Shown: in pieces, positions 1-12,682 of the stretch | Position numbering within the stretch: the first letter of the stretch is position 1 | Layout of the letters: each line of letters begins with the position of its first letter | Assembly (NCBI RefSeq): GCF_022539665.2 | Contig: NC_081333.1 | Location: 9,610,001-9,674,000 of the forward strand | Source of the DNA: Daphnia carinata | Taxonomy: Eukaryota | Direction: 5' to 3' | Length of the DNA stretch: 64,000 nucleotides | Program-made: the position numbers and the translations under genes | The notes under the pieces: model-generated | What the model was told of the DNA's origin: nothing | The model's input: the letters and a program-made list of their open reading frames with translations, nothing else | The model's database searches: none

Positions 1-1731
1 AGTTTCGGGTATCTGGTATAAAGTGTAATCAATCGTTCATTACAGACGGCTCCGATTCGCAGATAAAAGGAACCGTGATGAGTTGGCTTATTCCATGTCG
101 GATCGCTATAGGATCGTGGGTGATGAGCCACTTCATCAAGGAAATCATGGGGCTCTTTAAATTCCACCATCGATTGTTTCGTCCCGCAAACTGATGAAGC
201 GTAAAACAACAGTAATAATGTATAGAAAGTAGTACCAATTCAGAAATCCGGATCTGCAATTATGCAGAAATCTGGTTTTTTAAGAATCGTAGGGAAACGT
301 AACTAGAATCAACAATGCATTGGCCAGCATACAAAAACAACCAATGGGCGGTTGGTTGCGCCGTTTGCGTGTTATGAATTCTTCATTCGATTTCAGATGT
401 TGGAGATAAAAAAAACTGCTTCTGGCTTATCGGGAATGAAGCAGTGCGTTCAGCAGCAGGTATGCACATATCTCGTATGCGCAAAAGTGGCTTATACTCA
501 CCAGCCCTTCGAACGTGGTGAGCTTACTGAAAGGCAGGGATATATAGGCTAATGTGTGTTGATTGTAGTCAGTTCAAACCGGAAACTCGTCCAAGCGTAC
601 ACCGAACTTTGAAGTGTTAAACCTATAGAACTGTATGCATTTTGCAATAAAAGTCTTACATGAATGCCGATTCTTGCTGGCTTTGTTGCGGATCATCGTG
701 ATGAAAACGTAAAGGAAATAAGCGATGCAACCAAAGTAGAGATACAAATAGAAACCCTTTAAGAGAAACAAAACAAAAACGGGATTCAAATAGTAGACAA
801 ATTCCTTTTCTAAGAAATAACTTTTCTTTTACCAAGTATGAAGAGGACGTCACATGATTGGAAATTACTTCTGTCATTGGGAAAGCCAGTCCCAGCACAA
901 TGAGAAACTTGGCGTACATAGCGCTAATTACAGCTAAAACAGCGTCGCTGTAAAAACAAAAAATAATTGAGAAAGAGCCGAAAGTAAAATAGATTTGAAA
1001 AAAAAAATGTGGTTTCCCGGTTCGATGGCCACTGATTGACAAATAATTGCAACTCACTCGCCGCGTTTCTTCCATCGCTTAGACAGCGTATCCGGCACGG
1101 CAGCCACATTCACGGCGGTACAGGTGGACATTGCCGAAGGAGTTCCTTCTCTCGTCGTTGCACGCCTTTATCCATGTGAAGAAAAACGTTTTTTGATATG
1201 AATTTTTTTATAGGAGACTGTCGGATATAGATCTCACCTTTCACAATGCTTGGGTAGATGGAAAAACGTTGTCTTAAAACCAGGTGAGGTACGGGATTTT
1301 AAGGCTTGATCTCTTTTCAGTTTGATCACGTCACTAGCTTCAATCTGATCCATCCAACCGGATGACGCCATATTATCTGCCATCACGATTGTCAGTTTGG
1401 CTGAAGAAGGCGCTGTCAAAGGTTTCAATTCCACTGGCATCCAGTTACGATTAGGAAAACCTAAGTCACAATCAGGTGAGCAGTATTCATCTATTGGTGT
1501 AATCGGCTCTGATTGCTGTTCAGGTCCAGTCGGAACGCCAATGCCTGAACCCTTTCGACCCAAGATTCCGAAATCGCCAATCGTTTCGCAGTCGGAGTTA
1601 AGCTGCATGGTCTCTGTTGGCTGGACTTCGACCACCATGTCATCGTCTTCATGCATGGAACGGCGTTCTGTTTGCCACGAAGGTAGATTCCTGAGTGTGT
1701 ACATAAAATTAGTAAATTGATCGGCAACCAT
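1..1731 (-). CDS. Otopetrin proton channel (OtopL-like) paralog A, multi-exon, runs off the left edge of the window
   Basis: Spliced exons give KRWKKRGDDAVLAVISAMYAKFLIVLGLAFPMTEVIS...GFYLYLYFGCIAYFLYVF and, at ~45-90, the otopetrin motif HHGSFYLRIGAV followed by a GT donor. Collinear with paralog B. ATG at 1731. Confidence 0.85.
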
Positions 1732-1759
1732 TTGGCATAATTTTGATTAAAGGGTTTAA

Positions 1760-2560
1760 ACTTTGTGACGTTTTTTCTACAAAAAACGAGCTATCGCACC
1801 AACTGTGTTAACCCGTTTTTTGCTTTTATTGAAAAAAAACAAAAATTCCACTTAAAAATAAACTCGATATTTGTGATTCCCGTTCAATTTCGTATCGAAA
1901 TCGTAGATTCCAAACGATATAATGTAATATTTATAATAACAGAAAAAGTCGGGCTTATTTTGTCGGACAGCCTGACAAAATAAGCCCGACTTTTTTTGGT
2001 TTTTTAGATTTAATTAAAAAACTATAAGGTCAATTGAAAAATAAACTGGATTTCCGTGATCAGCATTCAATTTTCAATCGAAATCATATATTTTAAGCCA
2101 AATTTGAAATTTGGCCAAAAATGGAAAAGTGAGAAGGCTATAGCCTTTTCACTTTTTCCAAAATCTGCAAAAAATCGAAATCTCTTGGAATGCGTTAAAA
2201 ACTACACTATATACTCAAAATTCAATGATGATTCCCAAAAAACGATTCATTTTTTCGTGAAATCAACTGCTTTCGAAATATTCTTACTAAATGTAATGTA
2301 GCACTCTAGGGCCAGAACGTGCTAGCGCAACAATTTTTTTAACCCGTTTTTTACAATTATTTACATAACCGTAAGTTCTACGTAAAAGTAAAATCGATAT
2401 TGGTGATCCTCGTTCTATTCTGAATCGAATTAATATATTTTCCACTCTATTTGAGCATTAAGCCAGAAATGAAAAAAAGTCGAGCTTATTTCGTCGGGCT
2501 TATATTGTCGGGCTTATTTTTTAAGACTGATTTTTTCGCGAAAAGGTCGGGCTTTAAATT
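1760..2560. repeat. Degenerate copy of the palindromic MITE-like repeat family (see 40861-42269)
   Basis: Same core AAAAGTGAGAAGGCTATAGCCTT (palindrome 2134-2147) and TAAGCCCGAC/GTCGGGCTTA motifs (~1950-1990, ~2480-2520) as the 41 kb copies. Confidence 0.75.
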
Positions 2561-5272
2561 TCTACTTTGATTTTTATTTATAAATTAAAACTGATGTTTA
2601 AAATAATTTTTTTAAATCAAATTATCGAAATAAACTGTTAAACCAGAAAAGTGTACATAAATAGCATATCAAATTCCGTACAGGCGCAACAACCTTTTTC
2701 TTCTGTTTTCTACGTTTTTTTTCAAAAACTATAAGCCTGTGCATAAATATACACTAGATTTTTGTAATCCCCGATCAATTTCAATTCGAAACCGTGTACG
2801 TTAGACTTCTGCACGATATACGCTGAATTCTCGGAAGGTGTGTTAGGAAGGACTATTATTAATCGTCCAACATACAGCACAATCCTGCATGGGCAATAGG
2901 GCTTCGCTGCAACCACAAATGTTTTATCGATAAAGTTGTAGTGAACAATTTGTTTTGCGTAAATTTATATTTATGGTTAATATTGTCTGCCAGTATTTTG
3001 ACTGAGAATTATAATAAGGTATAGTACACTCAGCATTCTATATTTATTTTAAGCGTTCTATTATTGAACGTCCCAGAATGGAATTGCTTTTGGGTTGTAA
3101 TCATAACTCTCTGAGCGGTGTTTGTTTAAGAAATAGGGACGGTTTGAAAACGAGACATCAATACGTACGAGAGACATGGCTGTGACATGTTAATTAGAGC
3201 TGTTCTCCAGGCTTCACCGTTTACGGATTGCTGATGACAAAATAAAGCAGGGCTGCTTTGCTTCTTTTCTTGTCGGAGCATATCACCACTATTCAAAAAA
3301 CAGTTCTAAATTGGGTTGTGTTCAAACACTGTAGTTTAAAGACTGCGAGACGATGTTTAGAACTTTTATTAGGCGTGTGTAACGCAATATTAACCCACTA
3401 AATCAAGCCAAATTGCTGCTGCAATCGCTAAGATTTTAAACAGGAAATCGTAAATGGCACAATTAATTCAAGGTATTTAATGCGGGCTAGAAAATTCGTG
3501 ACTGTCAGCGATACGCTACTACGCCTGTTGACGGGACAACCACTTGCCTTTCAACTCGACCAACTAACTTAGTGTGCCGTTTTGCCAATTTGTGGTTGCT
3601 GCTTTTATTTATCGGATACGTCGGGTGTGCATGTCCTTGTTTGTCACCTCCCTCCGAATTTCTCACTATTACTATCTTCAACCTCCTGCTTCACGAAAGG
3701 AACTTACTATTCATTAGCAAATGACTTACAGAGGAAAACCAGCTAATGCAAAGACAAGAAAACAAAATCGTCACGAACCATCACAATCCACCACGAAGAC
3801 TACAGAACGAAACTGCAGACATGATAAAGTCTTTGGTTATGTACCGTACCGATCCTTGTCGCTCAGGCCTCAGTTTTTCTTTTAATAACGGCTAGTTGAA
3901 ACTTGAAGTGATGAACCTTCAACGAACGGACGCTAACTAACTTCAAATAGCGATTAAGAAATGTTTTTTTCACATTTAGAAGAACAGTTTGTTTTTGTGG
4001 ACCTATTCTGTATGCCGTCATTGACGTTCCCTTCGTTGCTCGAAGGGAATACGAATAGTTTGCCCCATCATTTGAAAATAACTACTCAAGTCTTCTTCAA
4101 ACGTCCTTGTTGCAGTAGTTCAAACAAGCTTGCAAACAAAGCTGTGTCCCATATGCACTTTCATTCAACGGTGTGTTTAATTCTTCATGAATATTTATTT
4201 TTATTCCGATGAAAAAAAAACGCTCTTTGGAAAGCGACGTTTGTTACCCAAGAATGTTTCCTCAAAAAATGAAGTCACCAAATGAACAGTGGGAAATCCA
4301 AAACAAGTGTAATGGACCGATGCCACTTGCACGTACAGATTTTGTTTTTAAAATTTTTGTTACAGGAAAATCGAAACTCTTCTAGAATAGTCAAACATAA
4401 GTTTTAACACGCCTACCTTGAAAGAGTTTCTAATAAGACCATTTTCATTTATTTTCAAATTAAAACAAAACAATAAGGTGGTTGATAATTAGAACAAGGT
4501 GTTTGGTGCTCTCCTGTGTCAAAGAAGTTAAGCTGTAAGTCTCTTTTACATAATTCAATTCATGATCCGCTCAATCGCTACCTTTTTTTAGGATATTGCA
4601 CTGGTGGAAAACACAATGGCGTAACGTTAGGAAATATCTTGGCTAATTTAAGTTTCAAGACACGTTTTTCGCCCATACTAATCCATATTCGTTTTTTTCT
4701 TAAACTTATCCAGTTCCTTATACCCGTCCGAATCTTACCGACCAAACGAATTCTCATATTTTATGGAAATTGTGTTTTATTATAAGGAAAAAGTATCCTA
4801 TCAAAATGCTTGCTATAGCTGGTTTGCGATTCTCCCCCAAAACGAGAAAAGACCACTGCATTGCGTAACATATCAATCGATATTGCACTACTTCAAAGAA
4901 TGATTACGTCAGCGCCTGTCATAGCTGGCCATCGTACAAGCCAATAAATCTGCATAAAAAAAAAATCCCCTAACTTTCATTTACGTCCTCGTAGTTATTA
5001 ATGGCACAGGTCGTCCGGTCACATCCACACTTGTATTATATAATCACAGTGTTATCGTATATTAACATCACGCAAGGTAGAGCTCTCTGTAGGTTTTATT
5101 CTGTTTAGTTGGTTGTTGATTATAGATGAGCTCTGCAATAACTAGTGACAAATAGTAAGGGCAATACTGTACTGTATATGTTGAACGTACAGACTGCTTA
5201 GTATAACATTGCCAAACTCCTTTCGTATGTAGAAGAGACTGTCTGTCCTAATGGGAATGAATAAAGTGGGAA

Positions 5273-8200
5273 CTACACGCTCGCGTGCTGCTGTAACGGC
5301 ATATGGTTGAATCTCTCGGAGACTTTGTAGCACCGTTTCCATATTTCACATAAGCAAACAGTCGAATGGTAGCGATAGAAGATGGCGAGCGGCGAGCTAA
5401 TATTAGTTATAATAGTCCATGGCCACTGCCCGAAGAACTGGGACTGGACCGGGTGGGCGTCGAATCTGCTCTTTTCCAGCGTTATGATTGCCCACTGTTT
5501 CATTCCCCAAAATGATAATCATTACATTTTTAAAATGAGATATAGAGCTGCAATAAAATATACCATTGCAAAGTTGGTGACCATCAAGAAAGTCACAACC
5601 TCACGGCCAGGTTTGCGCAGCTCCTGACGTCTAGTGTACAGGTGTCGCTTGGACGACCCCAACACAAAAACAGTTTGAGCAACGGCCTGCACGACAGCCG
5701 TCAGGGCATTGATGAGCACCAACATTCTATCCGAATGGTCACTAAACTGCGTACCAATTATGGTAAAAACGTTGTAGGAGATGACACCAGTTAGAGCGAC
5801 AATAAGTAGAATATTGTCCAGATCGAGCGGATGAGAAGCGTCGAATTGCAACTGGCTCACCTGGGATTAAATTGTTAAACTATTCAAATAACAATTGCTG
5901 TCCGTTTTTTGCCCGCAGAACATACCTGTATGATTCCAATGAGGACGGCAATCAACGTCATGATGTAAAGAATGAGCTCGGCCAAGTGGACGATGGTGAT
6001 GGCTGTGCTTTTGTAGTCCTCCCGATGGATAAGAACAAAGAAAAGGATCATGGATAAAATACTCAGAACCAGAACAAATATTCCAAAGAAGAGGCCTTTG
6101 TTGGCATTTGTGCAATCGACGGAATAATGATGCGGTGAACGGCGTTGGGAATACGGATAGATGCTTCCACTGGGTGTCCGTGGGGTTCGAGCACCTGCAG
6201 GAGAGTCAGTCCTCGAGCGGACCGGCCAGTGATGATGGTCCATTTCTCCGGTATGTTTCCATATCTCGTACATAATGGCGGCGCAGATGAGCGAATACTC
6301 AATGGCGCATGGAAATAGAAACGGACTTGCGTTCTGCGTCAAGGTGCCCTTTAATATTAACACAAATAACATGTTAATTTTGAAATAATGGAAGGGGGAG
6401 GGGGGAGAAGACGGCTGACCATCAAGTCTGAACGATGACATTCGTCCGACAGTGTTCGCTTAACCAACCGATGCTGTTGGATCTCATTTTGCCCGTCTAG
6501 CAAAACGGCACCGACTGTCTTGTTCAACCAATGCCCGATCACGGCCGAAGCGTACGGGCTGTGGTCTTCCGCTGCGGGATGTTACCAGCCAATTATTTCA
6601 TGCTTTTCAATCGTATTCAAAGCTACCTTTTTCTATAACCCAATCTGTCAAAAACCTGCTATTTGAACGGCCTCTTCGCCATGTCCGGGCACGAGATGCT
6701 GGTCGATTTCATGGTCACCACCGTGCTGCTTGAAGTGGAGGATCTCGTGCTTCGTTTCCTGGATAATGACGTTCAGCCATACACAGAGATTTGTCGCTAT
6801 GATGTGCATCATTCCGAATCGAGCTACAATGACGTTGCTGTTCTTGATGATCTGGATCTGAATGAATAGCAATACAGGATGTAAAAATGCTTGTTTATTT
6901 TTGTAAAGATAAAAGTTGCAAATACCTTTGCGTTGAGGAAAACAAAATACATTTGAAAAAATGTAAAGAGCATACGAGAGGCAGGCTGAACTGCCATCAT
7001 GATATCGTCGCATAGCGGATTAGAAGACATTTCGAAATACTGGGCAAATTCCAAACCCGAGTAGATCATCGACCCTACACCAAATACTACTCCGTTCCAA
7101 ATGTAGAACGGATTTCATTTTACAAAGGAAATAGTAAAGTTGCTTTTCTAGCACTAGACAGTTCTTCAAGTGTCAATTGGACCATACCGACAGCTCCCAT
7201 TCGAAGGTAGAATGATCCGTGATTGGCGCTTCTTCTGGGATCGAGTTCTTTGCCAAGAGTCACCCGTAGTCTGGTAGTCATAATGTCCTCCATAGTCAAC
7301 CCATCGCCTTGGAAGGCATCGTCATTGCCAGCCTCCATTTTCGCACATTTCTTGGCTTTGAGACGCTGCACTATTTGAAACCAACCTGGACGAGAGTATC
7401 GTTTAACGTGAGAGCCCAGTAGCGACACTTCGAAATCAACTTACGTTTTTTCCACGTCAACGAAAAGTTGAACTGAGTTTTCAAGAGGATGTAAATGTAG
7501 CCAAAGAAACCAATGGCAACAAAATAGAGGTAAGCGTAGAAGCCCTGTGCCAATAAAGAAGGGTGTAAGGGTCCAATGTTGTGGTCACTTTTCAATACGT
7601 CACATCGGTTTTTCGTACCTCGTAATAGTGTGATGGGATTTTACTTGAAATGACTTGTGAAGTAGGAAAGGCCACCCCCATTACCACCAACATAATACCG
7701 TAAAGCGCGCTCAGTATGTCCACGGTAGCTTGCCTTTTAACGACCCATCGATTTTATTCTGTTCCCCCTTCATCTGTTTAAACTAAAAAAGGGCTTCAAT
7801 GAACTTACTTGCCATGTTGTTTCCATATTTTGACCATCTTATCCGAATGATTTCGTTGGTGCGTTGGTGTGTGTGGTCCATTAAAGCTCGGCAAAGACGT
7901 TCGATCATTGATAGCTGGTAGCGGGTGGGCCAACGTAATTTCATTCCGACCGTGTTTCTTTGCGCCGTCTTGGAGCTGTTTCCCTTTGACGGTTTTTAAA
8001 AGTGATTCTTGTTCCATTTTTGCCACCTCTTCAGCTAGAGGTGCGCTGTTTTCCACCGAAATTCCACTTGAAGGGAATCATTCACATAATGAAAACTTCA
8101 TGCAAAGGTGTTTCCGATTACAAGAGTATTGCATACCTGTCTTGTGATTCGGGCGTGACTGGATGTTTCTCCGGACCCACCTCATCCGCGTTCATATTGC

Positions 8201-8512
8201 AAACGCAGGTTTTCGTTGTTTGGGGTCTGACCTCAATCGGTTTTGGATGGGACGATGTTGAGTGATGGGACAAATTTCTGACTGCTGTACAAATAAATTC
8301 GATAGATGTTTTCTTCCTTGGATGCTTGACAACTCCATCTATTTCGGATGGAGATACGCATAACACACCATTCTTCGATTGGCTAACTTCGTCCACTCCT
8401 TCCCAACTTTCAGTCAATAAAAAATGTAATCACAATTTAGATTTTAATTTTTTGCCCAACTTTTAACGCTTGTTAACTATTTTTTAAATACTTACCGGAC
8501 ACGAGAAGTCAT
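5273..8512 (-). CDS. Otopetrin proton channel (OtopL-like) paralog B, complete, multi-exon
   Basis: Motifs NHGSFYLRMGAV, FTFFQMYFVF, ARFGMMHIIATNLCVW, PFLFPCAIEYSLICAA, YSVDCTNANKGLFFG, KPGREVVTFLMVTNFAM, PLAIFYRYHSTVCLCEIWK. Start ATG 8512 (MTSRV) splices in frame to WEGVDEV. Stop at 5273. Confidence 0.92.
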
Positions 8513-11500
8513 CTCTGTTTGAAATTCCGAAGCAGCCTGGGCTGCTAATCGACTTGATTGGGTTTTTTGTTATGGAATATAAGCAGCTGGTTCCTCTCTC
8601 GAGATGAAAGATGGGACTAGAAACCGAAGGAAAGGAAAATTCAAAAGAATATTTGTACGGTCGCTGGTCGATCACAATTGATACTCCGACTAATCCATGA
8701 CGGGAAAAGAACAAGATCCTTCACGACTAAGACTATCACTATAACAAACTGGGAAGACCTAATGCACCCTGCAGAATACCTTCTCTTTTTTTGTAGATTG
8801 CAAAGACAGTAAAGAAGAAGTTATGGACATTGGCATCAAATCATGTGATTTTTGTCCCTCACGTGCCTCGGCCACACCTCTATCGTCCTTTATGGATTGC
8901 GGTCATTAAAGCATGTGAGAAATAAGCTATCGTCACTATAAAAAACATACAAACTGAAGCAGTCAGCTGACTGAGATGTCGTCAGGCGTGAAAGAGCAAA
9001 GAAAGCCATTTGATTACAAGGGTTCGGTAAGCGGGAGTCATGCGGCTTCGGGAAAAATACTTGCGTAAAGGTACGGTTCACGGTCGTCACGTCACCGGAA
9101 TGATGATTGACTGACATAAAAAAAAATAGTTAAACCTATCGTCATATGATTTGTTTATTTTAATAAACAAACAGATAATAAAACTCGACTGTCTAGTGAT
9201 TCAAATGCTCCCCACTAAAACGGGAATAGGAAGATGACAGGAAGGCATGAAGTCTGCATAAAAGTTGATGCCCTGAGTAAAAATCGACCAATCCAGAATT
9301 ACTTATTGAGGTCCTTTTTTTTTACCAACCTTTTTTGGGCTCACCAAAAAGACAAGTAATCCCACTATAATTATCGTATCTTTTATATCGATACTGTACT
9401 ATCTTTGAATGATTGTTTAGGACCTCGGTCACGAAGTGGATGAAAGGCTCTGACTTAAAAAAATTGGAAACCATTACGGAATTTCGCGTACGGCAAGGCC
9501 ATTAAAGCTGTCAAACTGTCTGATAAACTTTTTTTTTCACTTGGTTATACATCAGTTGGAACCAGACATGCCGATGATTGAACCAGTTTACGGCTCCTTA
9601 GTCTTTAATGCGCGCATTTTCTAGTCTCGTTTATCAGTTCGACGAAGTGAAATCTAATTCCTTTGAAGGGAAATATAATTGACTGTTGTTGACGATGCCT
9701 GTTTATTTTTTATTTACTCATTTCTAAATTTAACTTGGATAGGATATGATTCAGGCAGCAGCAACACCTATCCGCCATTTCGTCCCGTTCCCAACTCACG
9801 TATGAATTTCCCTTTTTTCCCTCATGGGAAATGTTATATTGATCTTACCCAGCCTTGTCGCCTTGTGCTTTTCCAACCAGTTTCTATTCATACGTTCAGA
9901 TGCATATAATTGTGCGCATGAACGTTACTATAAAAAAATGAAAAAGTAATAACGTTGGAAAGAGTTGTCGATTCTTGTCGCAAAATGATAGTTCCAGCAG
10001 GAACTGGAGGCGCTATTCATGTGTCCGGTGGCAGCATTTCTTCAATATCTGAATTCGTATCTCAAATTCTGGGCACCACCATTGTGCAAATCGATAGCTT
10101 TGCAAGGGCAAAGGGCAATCGAAACGGCCTGTTTGGATCTATGATCCAATCATGATGGCCAAAAAACTACCCATTGAAAACGTATTAGCTTCCTGTAACT
10201 AATTTTCATTATTGATAGAAATAATAATTCTGAAATTGTAATGGAAAAAATTTTATTCTGCAAAAGTTTTAGTGCTACTTATTAATTCCATAAGGAGGTC
10301 GTCAAAGTTATGTTGCCATTGCCAATGCAGAAAGGCACCCTCGATCGATATTTAATATTCCAATACCTTAGTCTCTTCAAGGCCGATCCAAGACCTGTGA
10401 ATCACGCGTCGCGTACTTGACTCTCAAAATGGCTTTGTATGCTCGACCGCGGGACCGGCGAGAAAGTAGCTAAAACAAAACCTTGAAAAAGTCTATTCAC
10501 CGATCACGTAGCTTAAGCCTGGTGTTCGCTTGTTAAATTGCAAGGGTATTCTAACAGATATTAGAGAAAAGATAAAATAAATGACGAACTAACGTGGGTT
10601 TTCGTTCAACATGCTAGGCTTTCCTTTTGCATTTTATTATCTATACAGTTGACATTAAAACTGCATTTTATGGAATAGCATATTTTAAGCTTCAAAAAAA
10701 AATTTTTTTATCTTAGTTGGCCATCCGCCAAATTGCAAATTTTCACGCCACAGGCCCATTGTGCCGGATAGCGTGAAGGTCTCTATCGGTGTTAAAATCT
10801 CCTTGCACAACCGCTAGGTGCCGCCGGGAAATGGAAACCAACTACGCCATCTATTAATCAACTTCGCAAGTATCGGTTAAAATATAGTACCTACCACAGG
10901 GGAAGGGTAGGAGGAGAATTGTAGAGAAGCCTCCCCGTTGCCGACTCTTTTCCATAGTCCCGTTTGGCAACCCAGGTAGGGCGGAAGTCATCAGCCTTGC
11001 CTCCACTGAAAAAGTTTAGGCTCCAATCACTCAGAATTCGAGCGTTGTAAGTACATTTCCAAGTTTGTTTTTTCTTCTTTCGAATTAGAACTTGAGCCAT
11101 TTATCATGTCTTTCCGCCATGTTTTTCTTTGTCTGGGAAACAAATCGGGTAATATCCGACGCCGCTGGACAGGCATCGCGACAGTGAACTGTGAAACAAG
11201 TGACGAATCGCTTGAAGAATTCACTAGAACAAAGGGATTTGTCTGTCTGCTTAGCATCCAATTAGTAGCCTCGCCAATTGAAGGGGTATGCGAATCAATG
11301 CTTGTTTTAGTGTAATAAAAAATACCCTGTTGCAGGTAATCTGATAGCAAGAAAGGCAGTCTTTACTTTCATAGCTTCATCTAATTAGGGTTTGGCAGAT
11401 AAAATGTGTTACGAAATGGATGTAAAAACATCCCACAAGCCTTCACATGGCGCCCTCTCGAGACGCTAAAGGTCGTTTACCTCTCTGTCCATTTCATATT

Positions 11501-12682
11501 TCTTTATTTTTTTTTTCTCAAAAAAAATGAACGATGCAAGTAAATCTTGAACCCGAAAGCTTCGTCTGCGCCGTTGTGAGAATTGTATATTTCCGCTTTC
11601 GAAACAAGACATTCTTTTTGGGAAGCCATCTTTTTTTTTCGGGGAGAGACTCCGTTTTGGTGCGTCCCTTCAGGCCCTCGGGCTAGCTAGGGCTTTTTGG
11701 AATGTGTCTCGGTCCAAGTGCGTGTGTCTATGCAGCAGGGAAATGTGTGTGTAGCTGTGGAGACCTTGATGTCGGTGTGTAGGAGCCATTGAACTTATTT
11801 CGGAAATGGGCGTCCATAGCCTTCGAGTTATTATGCACTTAGCGAAGATTGTGTGAACTTGTATGTAGTGAGCAAGCCGACTTACACCGAAGTAACCGTA
11901 GGTGCCAACCCCGAGAAGTCGATCAATATTTAGACATCGGATGCGATTCGTGAAGTAGAATCTAGCTCGGTAGGACGGCCAAAGAGAAAAGAGGACTGCA
12001 GCTACCACCCTCATCCGGTGCGTAATATTGATTTTGGTTGCGTGCGCCCTTCGTTCCTATTTAGTGCTGTTAGCCCGCACGGTTGTGTATCGTAGCAGTC
12101 TTGTTTCTATCCCTTGCGTCATCTGCAGGGTTGGGGAATGTACCCTCCCACTTTTCGAGGGTTTTCCTCTGCGCGTGCGTTGCTTTTTTCATGGAACGGA
12201 GTATAATGTTGACGTAACATGTCTAGGTTATCGTTCTACGTGCAAGAGAAACTTCTTTTTCGAGAATTCTCGCCCACGTCATCGTAATAAGTACAGTATT
12301 TGAGGAAATGGAGCCCTTGAGAAATAGGAAAACCGTCGGCCTTGGGCATATTGCGAATTAGAAAAAGGAAAGAAAATTTAGGTCACTGACAAAGAATTCT
12401 CCTTCATGTATTACCTCCCTCTCCCCATTAGTCCCACGTTCCAAGTTCGACAGTAGAGGGCTCTTAGTCTAAAGTGTGTTGCGAAACTCGTTTGCGTCAA
12501 ATACATGTCGTCGTCTTACTGCTACTCTACGCAGTATATTTTGATATTTAGCCAGTGCAACATCAATTGTCTCATCTCTGTCACCATTTTATTTTTTTCC
12601 AGCTTCACTTATTTGTGAAAAGAACGCGACTGGACGTGTCTCCTCGTAATTTTTCACCTTGGCGGGCCCAATTCAAAGCAAA

